From Octopus sinensis (lineage: Eukaryota): a DNA stretch of 64,000 nt. The translations under genes were made by a program, and so were the position numbers. The stretch spans positions 1 to 64,000 of the forward strand of contig NW_021830459.1 of the NCBI RefSeq assembly GCF_006345805.1, given 5' to 3'. Each line of letters begins with the position of its first letter. Positions within the stretch are counted from its first letter, which is position 1. This document shows positions 13,156 through 27,789 of the stretch, piece after piece. The notes under the pieces are model-generated. The model made no database searches, was not told the DNA's origin, and saw only the letters and a list, made by a program, of their open reading frames with translations.

Positions 13156-13203
<48 letters not shown>

Positions 13204-13558
13204 GTATATATAAATAGACGAACACAGAAGCAGACAGGTCATTCGAAGCCTTTAATCTTCAGTCAGAAACCGGATCATCATAGCAAATTTCGACATATAT
13301 ATATATATATATCAATCATAATAAAGGTTAATTGCAACAAGTTGCTCAAAACCACATACCGAAAATATTAGAGATAGCAGCCAAATAGATCCCTATTTCT
13401 CCTACTAATAAAACAGTCTCCACAAACAAACAGAATTTGTAACCCGTATATGGTAAAGAGAAAGAAAATAACCAAATCCCAGCCTATGGATTAATTATAG
13501 ACGAATCGTTTCTGGATTAGAACCGAAGGTTCATTTCCTTGTCAATATATATATATGT

Positions 13559-13626
<68 letters not shown>

Positions 13627-13988
13627 ATCATTGAAAAAGTCGAGCCAACAGAGGGACTACGGCTGGACTTCGTGTGTGTGTGTATGTATGTACGCAATAT
13701 ACTCGCACGCAGTCCAATCGTACTCCTTGTGAAATCTGATGTTTTCAATTCTCTATTCACACACAATAGATACCCAAAACGCAAACCTGGAAGTACTTGT
13801 AATGCTACTACTGGATATAAGAAGGTAAAGCTGAAGGTGACGATATTTTACTATTTATGAGAACAAGCACACACACTTATATGCGTATACATACATACAT
13901 ACATACATACATACATACATACATACATACATACATCATACATACATACATGCATACATACATACATATATATATATATATAATATAT

Positions 13989-14026
<38 letters not shown>

Positions 14027-14611
14027 AAATTTAGAGGATTGACACTGAAAGTGGACAGCCTGTATACTAGAAATAGACGTCAAAATCGCCATTTTCCACG
14101 GAGAATGTGTTCTCAAGAAAAAATTCAGCAAAAACCCAAAACGTAAAAATAAGCAAGACAAATGAAAATATACGAAATAAAAAACGATTACCTATGAACT
14201 AATTAGTTTCACTTGTTAATAATTTACGTATATGAATACATAAACATCTGCAAGATCATCAGCATAGTCTGTCGTTTATGAAATACAATTTCTAGAACTA
14301 GATACGAAATCCGGCATTGCATAGAATTCCACAAATTTGATTTATGTGTATCTTTCAAATGCCTTCACTTAGGCGCGCTGAGATCGGAAATTAATAAATT
14401 AGTTAATAAATTACAATAGTCAATTTACCGGTTAGAGAACATTTTTTTAATTTAAAATTAAACAAGTGTAGAAATTGATATTAATCAATTAAAACCAATG
14501 GTCTAGTATATTTAAAAAAATATTCGTATGATGGTGGTAAAAACATATATACACACATATGCCTATATATGTATACATATTCACACTTATATAACACGTA
14601 AATACACATAT

Positions 14612-14677
<66 letters not shown>

Positions 14678-14694
14678 CACCCGTGTACACATAC

Positions 14695-15150
14695 TTACTT
14701 TGATACTTTGATAGGTTTCGGCCATTATTGGCCCAGGCCATGTCTAACTTAATAGCACCACCTGGTGAAGTCTTTCAAGTCAGAATTTGGGCACTATGGC
14801 CCACTCAAGTAGAGAGTTATTGTTTACAGAGACATATCCGGGTGTAGGGGGTTTATCCGGGATTTCTTGAAGGAATCTGTCCAAAGACTTCTTGAACCCT
14901 ATAGGGTCAGTTTCTGTTTTAATGTGTTTTGGTGTAATGTTAAAGAGAGTGGGGCCAATTGAGGTGAAATAATTGTGCCGTATTGTTGTTATGAGATGAG
15001 AGTGCGATTTTTGTTTGAAAAACACATACCTTGTTTTTCAATATGATTATTTTAGGTGACTGGAAGGGAAATGTGGTTATTCTACATTTTGGATGGATAC
15101 AATTCATATGAAATATTTGCTGGTCTAGGCAAAGGTATAAGAACAAAATC
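14695..15150 (-). mobile_element. CR1-like LINE 3' fragment
   Basis: ORF 14780-15025: YFTSIGPTLFNITPKHIK..FKKSLDRFLQEIPDKP..GY..NNNSL; 3' UTR stem-loop GGCCA-ATAA-TGGCC followed by GAAAC and a TATCAAAG repeat tail. Confidence 0.8.
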
Positions 15151-16211
15151 ACGGTTTTTATTCATAAGCATAATCACATCTGCCACCAATGTAACCTCGT
15201 ATTAAATGTTTCTTAAGTTTTTATTAACATTGTTTTCTTTTATATTTTCCGTTTTATTTTGCTTTCGTTTACAACTTGGCTTTTTGTTTGTACTTTTAAA
15301 CCAGAGTTTTTTTCAGTATAAAGCCAAGACAAAATAAAAGATGGATTCTCCTTTGGCATATGTGCCTGAATAATAGATTTTCCTCTGACATGTGTGTCTG
15401 TATGTGTTTGTATGTTCATGTGTGTGAGTAGATGTACGTTCGTGTTAGTGTGTGTACGCGTGTCTTTGTATGTGTTTGTGTGTGCGAGTATGTTGTTTCT
15501 GCGAGGTTTTTTTTGCTGTTTTTTTTATTGTCTTGCTTTATCAATCCTAGCGTAATGGCAGATTCCATGAAATGTCACGAACACTTTTCAGATTTCAGGT
15601 TTGTGCAATGATACGACAATAACTAACTGATATTATTGATAGGAGCCGTTGGTAACTAATTTCTATGAAAAACACTATTAACAGTTAACACTTCTTTAAA
15701 ATTTCAAAGTTGAATCACTAATGTAAATAAAACTAAATTTTTTTATCGAAATAAATAGAGATAAACTCACAGAAATAAAAAAAAAACACGAGGTTAAAAG
15801 CAAGAGGTAAACTATGTTATTTATTTTTTACAATATAGAATACATAATGTACCTATAATAAATGAGAGAATATGGTATAATAATATTCCAGTTAAAATAT
15901 CGGGGAAATGTTAAATACTGTTGATATAGAAATAAGATATTTATTAAACGAAAGCGTGGCAGACTTCTGAGAAGAAAAAATTATGACGGAAGTGATTTTG
16001 TGATAAATAAAACACATTCACACACACACACACACATACACACACACACACTCACACACACACACACATACACACACACACACACACTCACACACACACA
16101 CGCACAAACACACACACACACGCACGAACGCACAGAGGTTCGCACGGAATATATAATTATATATAGATATCAATATGTATATACTATATAAATATGTATA
16201 TAAATATTATA

Positions 16212-16253
<42 letters not shown>

Positions 16254-16260
16254 AATTATT

Positions 16261-16985
16261 ATTATTATTAATAGTAGGGAATATAAAATTCCAAACTTAC
16301 AAGGAAAAATTCAATTTAGCAATACTAAATCAAATTTCACAATATATGATACATGTATAGATAAAACCTGTATTAAGAGATAAAACCTGTATTAAGTAAT
16401 TCAATTTATAGTGAAATATATTAACTATTATAAATCAAATAGAAAGAATTTAAATATATTATAATAAATATTATTCGAAAAATCACTAAAATAAACATAC
16501 ATTAAATTGACTACGCGCGTTTCGTGATTATATATTTTAAAATCGATAATATTAAAATTGGTAATATTGAAAGTTAATATTAATTCGATTTAAAATTAAT
16601 TCGATTTCCGTATGTAGCAACTCTTCAGGTCAAAAGTATAAAATAAATGTATCTTAATAATAAATAATCTAATAAAATTTAACAATAATAATGAAAAGTA
16701 AAATGATAGCTTATGTTATTGATGAATACCAGTTATCTTAAATTTTAATGGTTAATCTAAGAAACTACCGTTAACTTTAAAATAAAATAAATGAAGATAT
16801 AAAAATTAAACAATAAATATAGAAATATATGTATCGTAACAATAAATAATCGAATAAAATATAACAATATTAATGAAAATTAAAATCATAACTTATCTTA
16901 TTTATGAATACCGGTTAACTGAAGAGTAGTTATATATTTTAAAATCGAATTACTATTAACTTTTGATATTATCGATTTAGGAATT
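16261..16985. mobile_element. Penelope-like terminal-repeat remnant, two partial copies in inverted orientation
   Basis: Shares ATTCCAAACTTACA.GGAAAAA with 35100-35325; hammerhead-like core on the minus strand at 16507-16633; inverted partial copy starting CTGAAGAG near 16919. Confidence 0.55.
16507..16633 (-). ncRNA. Type I hammerhead ribozyme candidate, canonical core
   Basis: Helix I UUGAC/GUCAA; CUGAAGA; G10.1-C11.1 pair; 96-nt loop II; GAAA; palindromic helix III ACGCGCGU; GUA cleavage triplet. Confidence 0.6.
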
Positions 16986-17784
16986 TTTCAACAAACGGGA
17001 TAAATTTGAAGGAGTTTAACTAGTATCGAGCGACAACTAGGACGTACAACTTTATTAGTGTTGGTGAGAATATAGCATTGATGGATGTCAATCAGTTTTA
17101 TTGATGACATAATCAAAGATTTGGTGGTGTCAGTGACGGTTGAGAATGGTGATGATGGGGTGTGAAGGTGATAGTAGAGGTGCTGGTAAAAATAGTGATA
17201 TTGAAGAGGTAGAGGCAGTTCTAGTGAAGCAACAAAACCATGAACAGGAACCCCTCTTCGGAAAGGAATAAGTGACAAGGCAAAGTCTTCCTACCAAGCT
17301 TATTCAAGTCACGGTGCTCATGATTATATTCTCTGCAAGACTCTTCATTCAAATTTCAAGTCGATTCGAATTTCACCGATTGTCAATTCCAACGATTGTC
17401 AATTCCAACGGCAACTTCATTCGGATGAATGTGAAACAGCGATGATAGGAAAGACACTGGAGATGCTTTCGATGGGGGTCGGTGTTGTTTAGAACTTGGT
17501 CAACTACGATTTAGCAAACCTTTTCCAGCCTTGACCGTTCAGTCTTTCTGCCAAGGCATAATGCGTCTTATTTCAAGACGGTACGCATTGCTTTGAGGAG
17601 GATATGAGTCCTATAACTGTGACGGTTAAGAGACTCCATAGGGACTCGTACTGGTGGTGATGACGACGTTAAATGAGGAAGAATGAGGACGGTGATGAAA
17701 GTGCTCTGACAGATTGACAGAAATAGGTTAATTGTTGGACAGATAGGTGACGCTGTTAACAATATGGAAGTGAAGGTAGAATAT

Positions 17785-18922
<1,138 letters not shown>

Positions 18923-19730
18923 TCGCCTTACCTAATCTACCAATTTCCCGCCCTTTATCTTTGATTAATTCTATTCCTCAAAAGTTTTGGTATTTACTGG
19001 TATTTAAACGGTGGTTATTTTATTAATCTTGGAAATATGAACGGCAAAACGGCCAAAACGGGATCTAAACCCAGACTGTAAAAGGAAATATCCAAGTAAC
19101 ACTCCGCTTTTATCAGGCACTCTACCAACATTGCTATAGAAGTTGTTTTTATGAGATTGTTGTTTTTGAGATTGATTGCTGCTAAACAATTAGAAGCAAC
19201 GTAATGCTCATCTCAATATGGATATTCTATGAGGGAAAGGAGAATTTGTGACGAATCAGAGTTGTATTGAAAGACGGTAAATTGCCGTCTCCCTTCTCAT
19301 CCGTTGTTCTACTGATTTTCCCACTCTAACGTACAAATCGATACACATCGGTTTCGGTGATGAGTATACAGTTGCTCCTCTGTCAATTGAATTCCCTGCT
19401 CAATGAATATAAGTAGTGGAGCGTTACACCAACAAGTGTAACCTTAAAATATTTCTCATGCGGAATCAAAACGACTCTACTGTAATTTGTAGGTATAATA
19501 CATATAAAGGACTTTCATACAATTTCCACTTATCTACTTTCTCTCACAAGCCTTGGATTGACCAAAGACGATTGCCCTTGCAAGAAGCGTGACATTCTTG
19601 TTCGGCTAAACGTCTTCTGCGATTGTGAAACAAACTTCTCACCCATTAGACCATGCTGAAGCTATTCTAACTTACACCTTTATAACCAGTAACTTTGATA
19701 ACAAACTTTTAAATCGATTGTGTGATGGAT

Positions 19731-20114
19731 GGAAGCACTCCGTCGGTTACGACGACGAGGGTTCCGGTTGATCCGAATCAACGGAACAGCCTGCTCGTGA
19801 AATTAACGTGTTAGTGGCCGAGCACTCCACAGACACGTGTACCCTTAACGTAGTTCTCGGGGATATTCAGCGTGACACAGAGAGTGACAAGGCCGGCCCT
19901 TTGAAATACATGTACAACAGAAGCAGGAATTAAGAGTGAGAGAGAAAGTTGTGGTGAAAGAGTACAGCAGGGATCACCACCATCCCCTGCCGGAGCCTCG
20001 TGGAGCTTTAGGTATTTTCGCTCAATATACACTCACAACGCCCGTTCTGGGAATCGAAACCGCGATCCTATGACCGCGAGTCCGCTGCCCTAACCACTGG
20101 GCCATTGCGCCTCC
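19731..20114 (-). mobile_element. SINE family A, full length
   Basis: Near-identical to other copies; imperfect TSD ATTG(T/C)GTGATG. Confidence 0.9.
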
Positions 20115-20218
20115 ACATTATTGCGTGATGAATGAATAAACGAAAAGTAAAACGAATGCTGTCCGAATTTTGTCTCCCGCATTTCTTTATGCTTATAACA
20201 AAGGCACGTAATACTTAC

Positions 20219-20387
20219 TGGCTAGGTCAAGTTGGATCTTGAATCTGATGCTCACAAGTATGGTGTATGCAATTGGTATATCATCCGGTTGATGATATCT
20301 GCACGAAATGTCTGCGATCACTGGTGTAGTCGATTTCTCTCCGTGATAGTACGTAGATTCACTGATTTGAGTTGCGTGAACCGACAA
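20219..20387 (-). CDS. Candidate internal exon (169 nt), unknown product
   Basis: Acceptor tttacttatttgcag|, donor |gtaagt; GC-richer than its flanks; only one frame open: LSVHATQISESTYYHGEKSTTPVIADISCRYHQPDDIPIAYTILVSIRFKIQLDLA. Confidence 0.35.
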
Positions 20388-22574
20388 CTGCAAATAAGTA
20401 AATTGGCTGGCTCTTGGATAAAAGAAGTTATATATAAAGTTGTTTTGTAGAAGTGTGATTTCGTTTTCTTTAAGTAGCACTTCTTCCTATAGGGAGAAGT
20501 TAATAATGAAAGGCAAGTGTCTTATCCGAGCGGAAGTGAAATGATTAATTTCTCATTTGCAAAATATAAGTGGAGATACACATTATCCTCAGAGATCTCT
20601 GTGGTTTGGAAAATATGTTAACAAAGAAATGTAAAACACACAACACTTGTAATTTATAACATTACTTGTAGAATATCTTGTGCAAATTGCACACGCTGCA
20701 GGGATTCTTTACATTGCGTTCACGTTTCATGTTTAATGTTGAAGAAATTCCTAATTAAGTCTATTTGACTAATGCTCAATAAAGTAATTAGCAATATCTA
20801 CCGCCAGCAATTCTCTTGCATTCGATTTCTTCGAGGGTATAACTTTTAAACAGGTACTCTCTGCTTCTTGATTGTATTCTTTATACAACTCCATCACGAT
20901 AGCAAAGTCTTCTATTGCACCAAATTACGTTCAGAATTCGACATGTGTGTGTGTGCGCGTGCTTAATGTGAATTGCAGTCCCAGGCTAAAAGACAGAATG
21001 TGTCAACCAATCCAGAAATCGAAACCTCAACCTTAAGATCTGGAGCCCAACATCCTAATTGCGAGAATATGCACTTTCACCGTTGACTCATTGCACAAAG
21101 CTTATCATTTCACTTTGCTAACATCTACACAATTGAATTTGAGCACCAGCTAAGAGCTGGCGCAACCTTCTCTCTCTCCAACACACTGGATGCTGTACTG
21201 GTGGAAGTTTGGAATAAACGACGTGTGTGTCTGACTCTGCTAGTAACTATAATAGGGGCACTTAAATAGTGTAATCACTAGTTTATAATGGACACAGGTT
21301 CGTGTGTCATATAGCTAGCTAGAGGCGATGGCCTCTTGGAGCTAATCAACGGCAGCTTTCGTCCTATATTTATGGACTGCCATATTAGCTTGGCGATAAC
21401 TATTAATATCCAGTACCACTGCCGTAGTCTCCTTTAGATAGGCTTAGAAATAACAATATTTCCATTTTTGGAAATAATTCTACTCTGCAGGAAGGGCAGC
21501 TGGTAGAATCGTTAGCTCGCCGGGCAAAATGCTTAGCAGTATTTCGTCCGTCAGAGTTCAAATTCTGCCGAAGCCGACTTTACCTTTTATCCTTTCACAG
21601 TCGAACTCACAACCTCACGATCGTAAGCTCGACGCTCTAACCACTGAGCCATGCGCCTTCACAACAGGCATAGTAGTAGTAATATAGTAGTAGTAGCAGC
21701 AGCAGCAGCAGTAGTAGATGTAGTAGTAGTAGTAGTAGTAGTATAGTAGTAGTAGTAGTAGTAGTAGTAAGGATAGTTGTGATTATTTAACTTGAAGTAA
21801 ATCCTTAGCGATCAGACCCTATGGTCAACGTCATTGTACCGGTGACCGTTGGATTTCGTTACAGCTGCACAGATCCACATTAGCCATTGTGTACTTTTGC
21901 TTATGTTGCTCAACAGGAATTGAACTTTGAGGCAAATTTGGCTGCTGTATTTAGCAGCCGATCGATCACAATGGCTGGTGCAATAGCAATGGCGGCAGTG
22001 TCTGTTGTGTTTGATGACGTCAAACGGAGTCTAATGATTCTGTTGGTATTTCTGATGTAAGTAATTGCAATAATGAAGGTGTGTTTTAATGGATGTCGTA
22101 GGCGATGGTGGTGGTGGTGGTGGTTGTGGTGGTGGAGGAAGGATAGTTTGGTTGTCGGTAATGTAAATATAATAGCCATTCTTTTGCAAATTTTCCCTTC
22201 TTTTACAGAAGCCTTTTATCTGGGAGTTATTGACAATTCTCTCCCCGTCGTTCACTTTCTTCTCATCTGCTTTTCCTGTTTCAATATTTATTTAAATATG
22301 TCTGTTTGAAGACATTTTCATTCTTGTGTATATATGCATATACACACGTACACACGCACAACACACACACACATATATATATATATACATATATATACAT
22401 ACAAACACGCACACACACACATATATATATATATACAGACACGCACACACACACACATTATATATATATATATTATATATATATATATTTAATGTATATG
22501 TATATGTATGTATACATGTTTACATACGTATAGATATACATACACACACATATATACATGTATATATCTATCTG

Positions 22575-22631
<57 letters not shown>

Positions 22632-23163
22632 ATATATATATATATATATATGTGTGTATATATATATGTATATATATATGTATGTATGTGTGTTTGTGTA
22701 TATATATGTGTGTGTGCGTTTTTATGTTTGTGAAGTGAAAGCTATGAACAAGTCGCTAAAGAATAATGAGAAATTCCTTACTGTAAATTAATGTAAATTA
22801 TCTCGATTTTCTTCAGACGTTAAAGACGTTAAGAGTGAAGGAAGCACAAAATATAGACAGTATTCTCTATCAGTTACCCTCTTATTCAACTCTCTCTCTC
22901 TATCGCATTCTCTCTTTACCTCAGTCAGTCTGTCTGTCTGTCTGTCTTAGTCACACACACATACATAACATATTTTTATGCATATGTACCCATTGTAGAC
23001 ACTCCCATATTTCCTCTATTGATATCTACACCAGATATTTTGTTTTTACTTCACGCAGTGGATTAGCAGTTGTTTCAGATTTCCTCTTTCTGACATTGCA
23101 ATATCCATGCCAAAGCATTTTGTGCTTACCTTTCCGGTTCGTGAAATCGCTGTTCTGGTGTCC

Positions 23164-23550
23164 GGAGGCGCAATGGCCCAGTGGTTAGGGCAGCGGACTC
23201 GCGGTCATAGGATCGCGGTTTCGATTCCCAGACCGGGCGTTGTGAGTGTTTATTGAGCGAAAACACCTAAAAGCTCCACGAGGCTCCGGCAGGGGGATGG
23301 TGATGATCCCTGCTGTACTCTTTCACCACAACTTTCTCTCACTCTTACTTCCTGTTTCTGTTGTACCTGTATATCAAGGGGCCGGCCTTGTCACTCTCTG
23401 TGTCACGCTGAATATCCCCGAGAACTACGTTAAGGGTATACGTGTCTGTGGAGTGCTCAGCCACTTACACGTTTTAATTTCACGAGCAGGCTGTTCCGTT
23501 GATTCGGATCAACAGTAACCCTCGTCGTCGTAACCGACGGAGTGCTTCCA
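23164..23550 (+). mobile_element. SINE family A, full length
   Basis: 12-bp TSD GTTCTGGTGTCC (23152-23163 / 23551-23562). Confidence 0.92.
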
Positions 23551-24020
23551 GTTCTGGTGTCCTTTCAATGTCCAGTCCTAACCGAATAAGAATCAATGAT
23601 CCAATTATACACGCATGACATTCTATGGCTTCTAACGCTGCATCTTGTCACCCTGACACGATTTCCAAGGTCTTTATTTTAGTGTCTTTCTTTCATAAAT
23701 CGACTCCGCATTGCGTTCCCAAGGTACTTACCGTCAATCAACTTGTAAATGTAAATCTGTTGATATATTAAAATTACACAACTGGAAACAAGCACTCGAC
23801 ATGAAACGGTTTATCTGTACAGGTTTGCTCAACGATTGTTGTGATGCAGACAAATTTTTCTGCTTAAAAAAAAAAAAAAGGATTTTATCCTTTATATATA
23901 TACTGTCCAGTATATATGTGTTGAATAAAATTTATCTTTCTACTTGTTCTACAATACATTTCAACGCTTCGAATGGCGTAATATTTTAATTGTTTTAGGC
24001 AGTATTTCCTCATTATTATT

Positions 24021-24174
24021 CATCATCATTGTTCAACCGTGGTCGAGACAATGGAATTTACCATGCTACGCCAGACTTCACGGTCCATCATGGCATTACG
24101 GAGGTCCTGTTGCTGGATGCCTGTATTCCTGGAGATTACATCAGGGTAGGAGAGTGTGCGCCCTCTGGTATTGC
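24021..24174 (-). mobile_element. RTE-like LINE 3' end, second copy of 290-445
   Basis: Near-identical reverse complement of 290-445, including the (TGA)n tail. Confidence 0.8.
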
Positions 24175-24779
24175 ATCGATCCATTCATTATATATTTTGC
24201 CCCCTTCTTCTCTGTTTTTTTTTTTGTGTGGGGGAAGCTGTATTACTAAATAGTGCCAGATCCTATCTATAACTCAGATCTACCCATAACGAAATAACCC
24301 TTCCTAAATCCTGTTTTAGTGCATTTTGATATGATAATATACTAACCGGCTGCCTTCCTCCGATGGAGTCCGGTAACGTTTATCTATCGTTTGTTTACTT
24401 TTCCACTAATTGCTTCGTCCATTACTTTTCTCGTTCAGACAATTACTAGTTAATTTGATTATATCTCAGATATATTCATATAAAACACTATATCTATATC
24501 CGTAAGTACTTTTCATCGCCCATTCATTAGTAAGACCCCTTAGACTATTCATTCCTTAAATATTTTCATTTTTGTTCTTACTTGTCTTGTAATTTATTGA
24601 GAGTTTTAACGGATCTGAACAACGCCAGTGTTCCCAAATATTAGCTGACCAATTAAGTTGTAGGATTAACTTTGACCTCACCCTACTACCCATAGGGGTA
24701 TTGAGATTAGGTTTCTGTTTATAAGTAACAAATAATAACACCGCACTAAGGTTTTTTTTTTCTTTCATTGATATATTGA

Positions 24780-25079
24780 TGTTTATTGAGCGAAAACACC
24801 TAAAAGCTCCATGACGCTCCGGCAGAGTATGGTGGTGATCCCTGCTGTACTCTTTCACCACAACTTTCTCTCACTCTTACTTCCTGTTTCTCTTGTACCT
24901 GTATTTCAAAGGGCCGGCCTTGTCACTCTCTGTGTCACGCTGAATATCCCCGAGAATTACGTTAAGGGTACACGTGTCTGTGGAATGCTCAGCCACTTAC
25001 ACGTTAATTTCACGAGCAGGCTGTTCCGTTGATCGAATCAACCGGAACCCTCATCGTCGTAACCGACGGAGTGCTTCCA
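24780..25079 (+). mobile_element. SINE family A, 5'-truncated
   Basis: Near-identical to other copies but lacks the tRNA head. Confidence 0.9.
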
Positions 25080-25408
25080 TCCATATTGATGTATTGAATT
25101 TCCTCAAACAGGTTCAATTTAAGCTAATTCTGTTAATTCCTTTTATAATGCTCTATTAAATAGCAGTTAGCCTCTAACTTCTGACCCTTGTCACATGGAC
25201 CATACCTTTAAACTCACTACACAACGTCTTACCCTCGCTATTTCCTCCCAGTATAATTGAAACACGATTTAACCCTCACAGCCTGCTGAAATTTCTCTTT
25301 GAACTTGCCATGACTGCTCCTCTTTTCTCTGCAAGACAGAAAACTTAGTGTTTTTCAGTTAGTTCCCACAAGTACCACTACTCATTTTGTCTGCACAGAG
25401 CAACATAC

Positions 25409-25781
25409 GGAAGCACTCCGTCGGTTACGACGATGAGGGTTCCGGTTGATCCGAATCAACGGAACAGCCTGCTCGTGAAATTAACGTGTAAGTAGCTGAG
25501 CACTCCACAGACACGTGTACCCTTAACGTAGTTCTCGGGGATATTCAGCGTGACACAGAGAGTGACAAGACCGGCCTCTTGAAATACAGGTACAACAGAA
25601 ACAGGAAGAAAGAGTGAGAGAAAGTTGTGGTGAAAGAGTACAGCAGGGATCACCACCATCCCCTGCCGGAGCCTCGTGGAGCTTTAGGTGTTTTCGCTCA
25701 ATAAACACTCACAACGCCCGGTCTGGGAATCGAAACCGCGATCCTATGACCGCGAGTCCGCTGCCCTAACCACTGGGCCAT
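25409..25781 (-). mobile_element. SINE family A, nearly full length
   Basis: TSD CAGAGCAACA (25396-25405 / 25783-25792). Confidence 0.9.
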
Positions 25782-25929
25782 GCAGAGCAACAGATATCAC
25801 TGCCACAGAGCAGGTTTATTTTGCAGCGTATTAATCCGCAAAAGATTTATTCCATTCAGCATTTTACTTGGTAAGAATCCTTTTTCTATTCTCCGGTTTA
25901 TACTTAAGAAATATATTTAAACTTACGTT

Positions 25930-25964
25930 GATAGGATCGATAAATTTCTTAAGGCGAAAATCTG
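25930..25964 (-). CDS. Candidate micro-exon (35 nt)
   Basis: gttatttcatttcag| ... |gtaagt; phase 1 to 0, xFRLKKFIDPIN. Could be chance. Confidence 0.18.
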
Positions 25965-26049
25965 AAATGAAATAACTTCGAACCTCAGTCATAAAGAAGG
26001 GAATGCCAGGCAATATAATGCTTCCTACGTTATGTATTATTTCATACAA

Positions 26050-26616
26050 CACACCGTTCTGTTGAGCTTAAAGACAATGCTTTGCATGAAATATTAGATT
26101 ATCAAATGAAATTTTAAAGCCATGAGAATTGATGCGTCACAGTTGGAATAAGTGTAAAGAATTGAAAGCTAAACTAGAAGATTGTTCGAAAACAAGCACA
26201 GATATCAAGCTGGCTTTATATGTTACGTTTCCGTTTTGTATAAAAGTACTCAATATTATGACAGAAGGGATTGCAAAGGTTACGAAAGCGCTTATATTTG
26301 ATTCTATCTGCTGCTGCATACAAAACGTACCGTTGCGTGCGGGTGAGAAAATCGCCTTAAATTTTATATGAATGACAACTTGTAAGTTCCCAATAGAAAA
26401 AAGAGAATTCATGAGATGTTAAATTATTCAAGCTAACCTGTCGGAAGATTGCAGAACTCTGGTATGTTTGTGATGAAACTTGAGATGAAAGCGGCGATGC
26501 TGCAAATGTGTTTTACTATGAAAATACATTGCACAAAGAGATTCGTTCGGCTTTGCCACTGTAAGCTATATCAAGTGGAATTCTCCGAATTTTGCGAACG
26601 GTGTTTTCATGCATAA

Positions 26617-26661
<45 letters not shown>

Positions 26662-26802
26662 CGTGTCTGTGTGCGTGTGTGTGCGTGTGTGTGCGCGTGT
26701 GTGTGTGCGTGTGTGTGCTTGTGTGCGTGTGCGTGTGTGTGTGTGTGCGTGTGTACGTGTGTGTGTGTGTATGTGCGTGTGCGTGTGTGTGTGTGTGTTG
26801 TG

Positions 26803-26833
<31 letters not shown>

Positions 26834-27150
26834 TGTGTGTTAGCAACATGCAGAGACGGTGCTACTAACATGTCAGAAAAACACAATGGTTTTGCACAAG
26901 AATTAAACAATTGCATCCAAGCGATGCTTTTTATTTTTGACAAACATATTACATTATTCATTGACAGTTTTTAACATCAAAGGAAATTGGCCACGATGAT
27001 TTATCTATCGCCATAAAAGCTATTATCATGCTCGAGAATGTCATTAAAACCAATGCAACCGATGTAGAGTACTTTATGAATTATGCAATGCAACACGACC
27101 GGCTTACACAAAAAAATGTCTTATTTTGCTTGAAAGTGCGATGGTTGTCA
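26050..27150 (+). pseudogene. hAT (Charlie/Buster-like) transposase remnant split by a (TG)n tract at 26617-26840
   Basis: ATCRDGATNMSEKHNGF resembles the CTDGA..M.G...GF catalytic motif; VIKTNA and KVRWLSCRKL resemble EVRWLSRGK.L; many stops. Confidence 0.7.
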
Positions 27151-27470
27151 TGCAGAAAGCTTCGATGTATACTGGAGTTTCATTGAAAAAGACAAAACGA
27201 AAAAAAGAAATAGTTCAGGTTAGTCAATTTTCTGAAGAGATTTGTGTCAAATTTCCTCAATAAATTCATGGACTGTGCCCATACTTTCATCTTGTCCTTC
27301 CAAGATTAGCATTCAAATCTAATTCTGAAAATTTAAAATTGTCCTACTTTGTGAGAAAATGATATTAATAATGGTGGAATACTAGAATATTGAAAAAGGA
27401 ATTGTTTCATTTCCATCTCTTCAAACGTTATTTCTGGTTAAGTAGTGGAATTGATGAAATCTACAATAAA

Positions 27471-27789
27471 GACTCCGCCGGTTACGACGACGAGGGTCCC
27501 AGCTGATACGATCAACGGAACAGCTTGCTCGTGAAATTAACGTGCAAATGGCTGAGCATTCCACAGACACGTGTACCCTTAACGTAGTTCTCGGGGATAA
27601 TCAGCGTGACACAGAGAGTGACAAGGCTGACCCTTTGAAATACAAGTACAACTCATTTTTGCCAGCTGAGTGGACTGGAGCAACGTGAAATAAAGTCTCT
27701 TGCTCAAGGACACAACGCGTCGCCGGGAATCGAACTCACAACCTTACGATCATGAGCCGAATGCCCTAACCACTAAGCCACGCGCCCTC
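27471..27789 (-). mobile_element. SINE family A' (V/Meta-like core GTGTCCTTGAGCAAG), full length
   Basis: tRNA-like head; 15-bp TSD TGAAATCTACAATAA (27455-27469 / 27790-27804). Confidence 0.88.

Noticed and set aside
20772-20924. 51-codon minus-strand frame with TPR-like AIEDFAIVMELY
   Set aside because: Bounded by stops, weak splice sites, single short motif.
21917-22056. Plus-strand exon candidate with good splice sites (ELNFEANLAAVFSSRS...)
   Set aside because: The first half resembles an old SINE tail (TTTGGCTGCT..TAGCAG, compare 13375-13386) and the rest is degenerate trinucleotide repeat.
23130-23577. 49-nt minus-strand exon-like unit interrupted by SINE-A
   Set aside because: Splice signals of this quality arise by chance and the peptide is too short to assess.
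23732-23781. Minus-strand micro-exon candidate (ttccag|...|gtaagt)
   Set aside because: Its phases do not fit the neighbouring candidates and it is very AT-rich.
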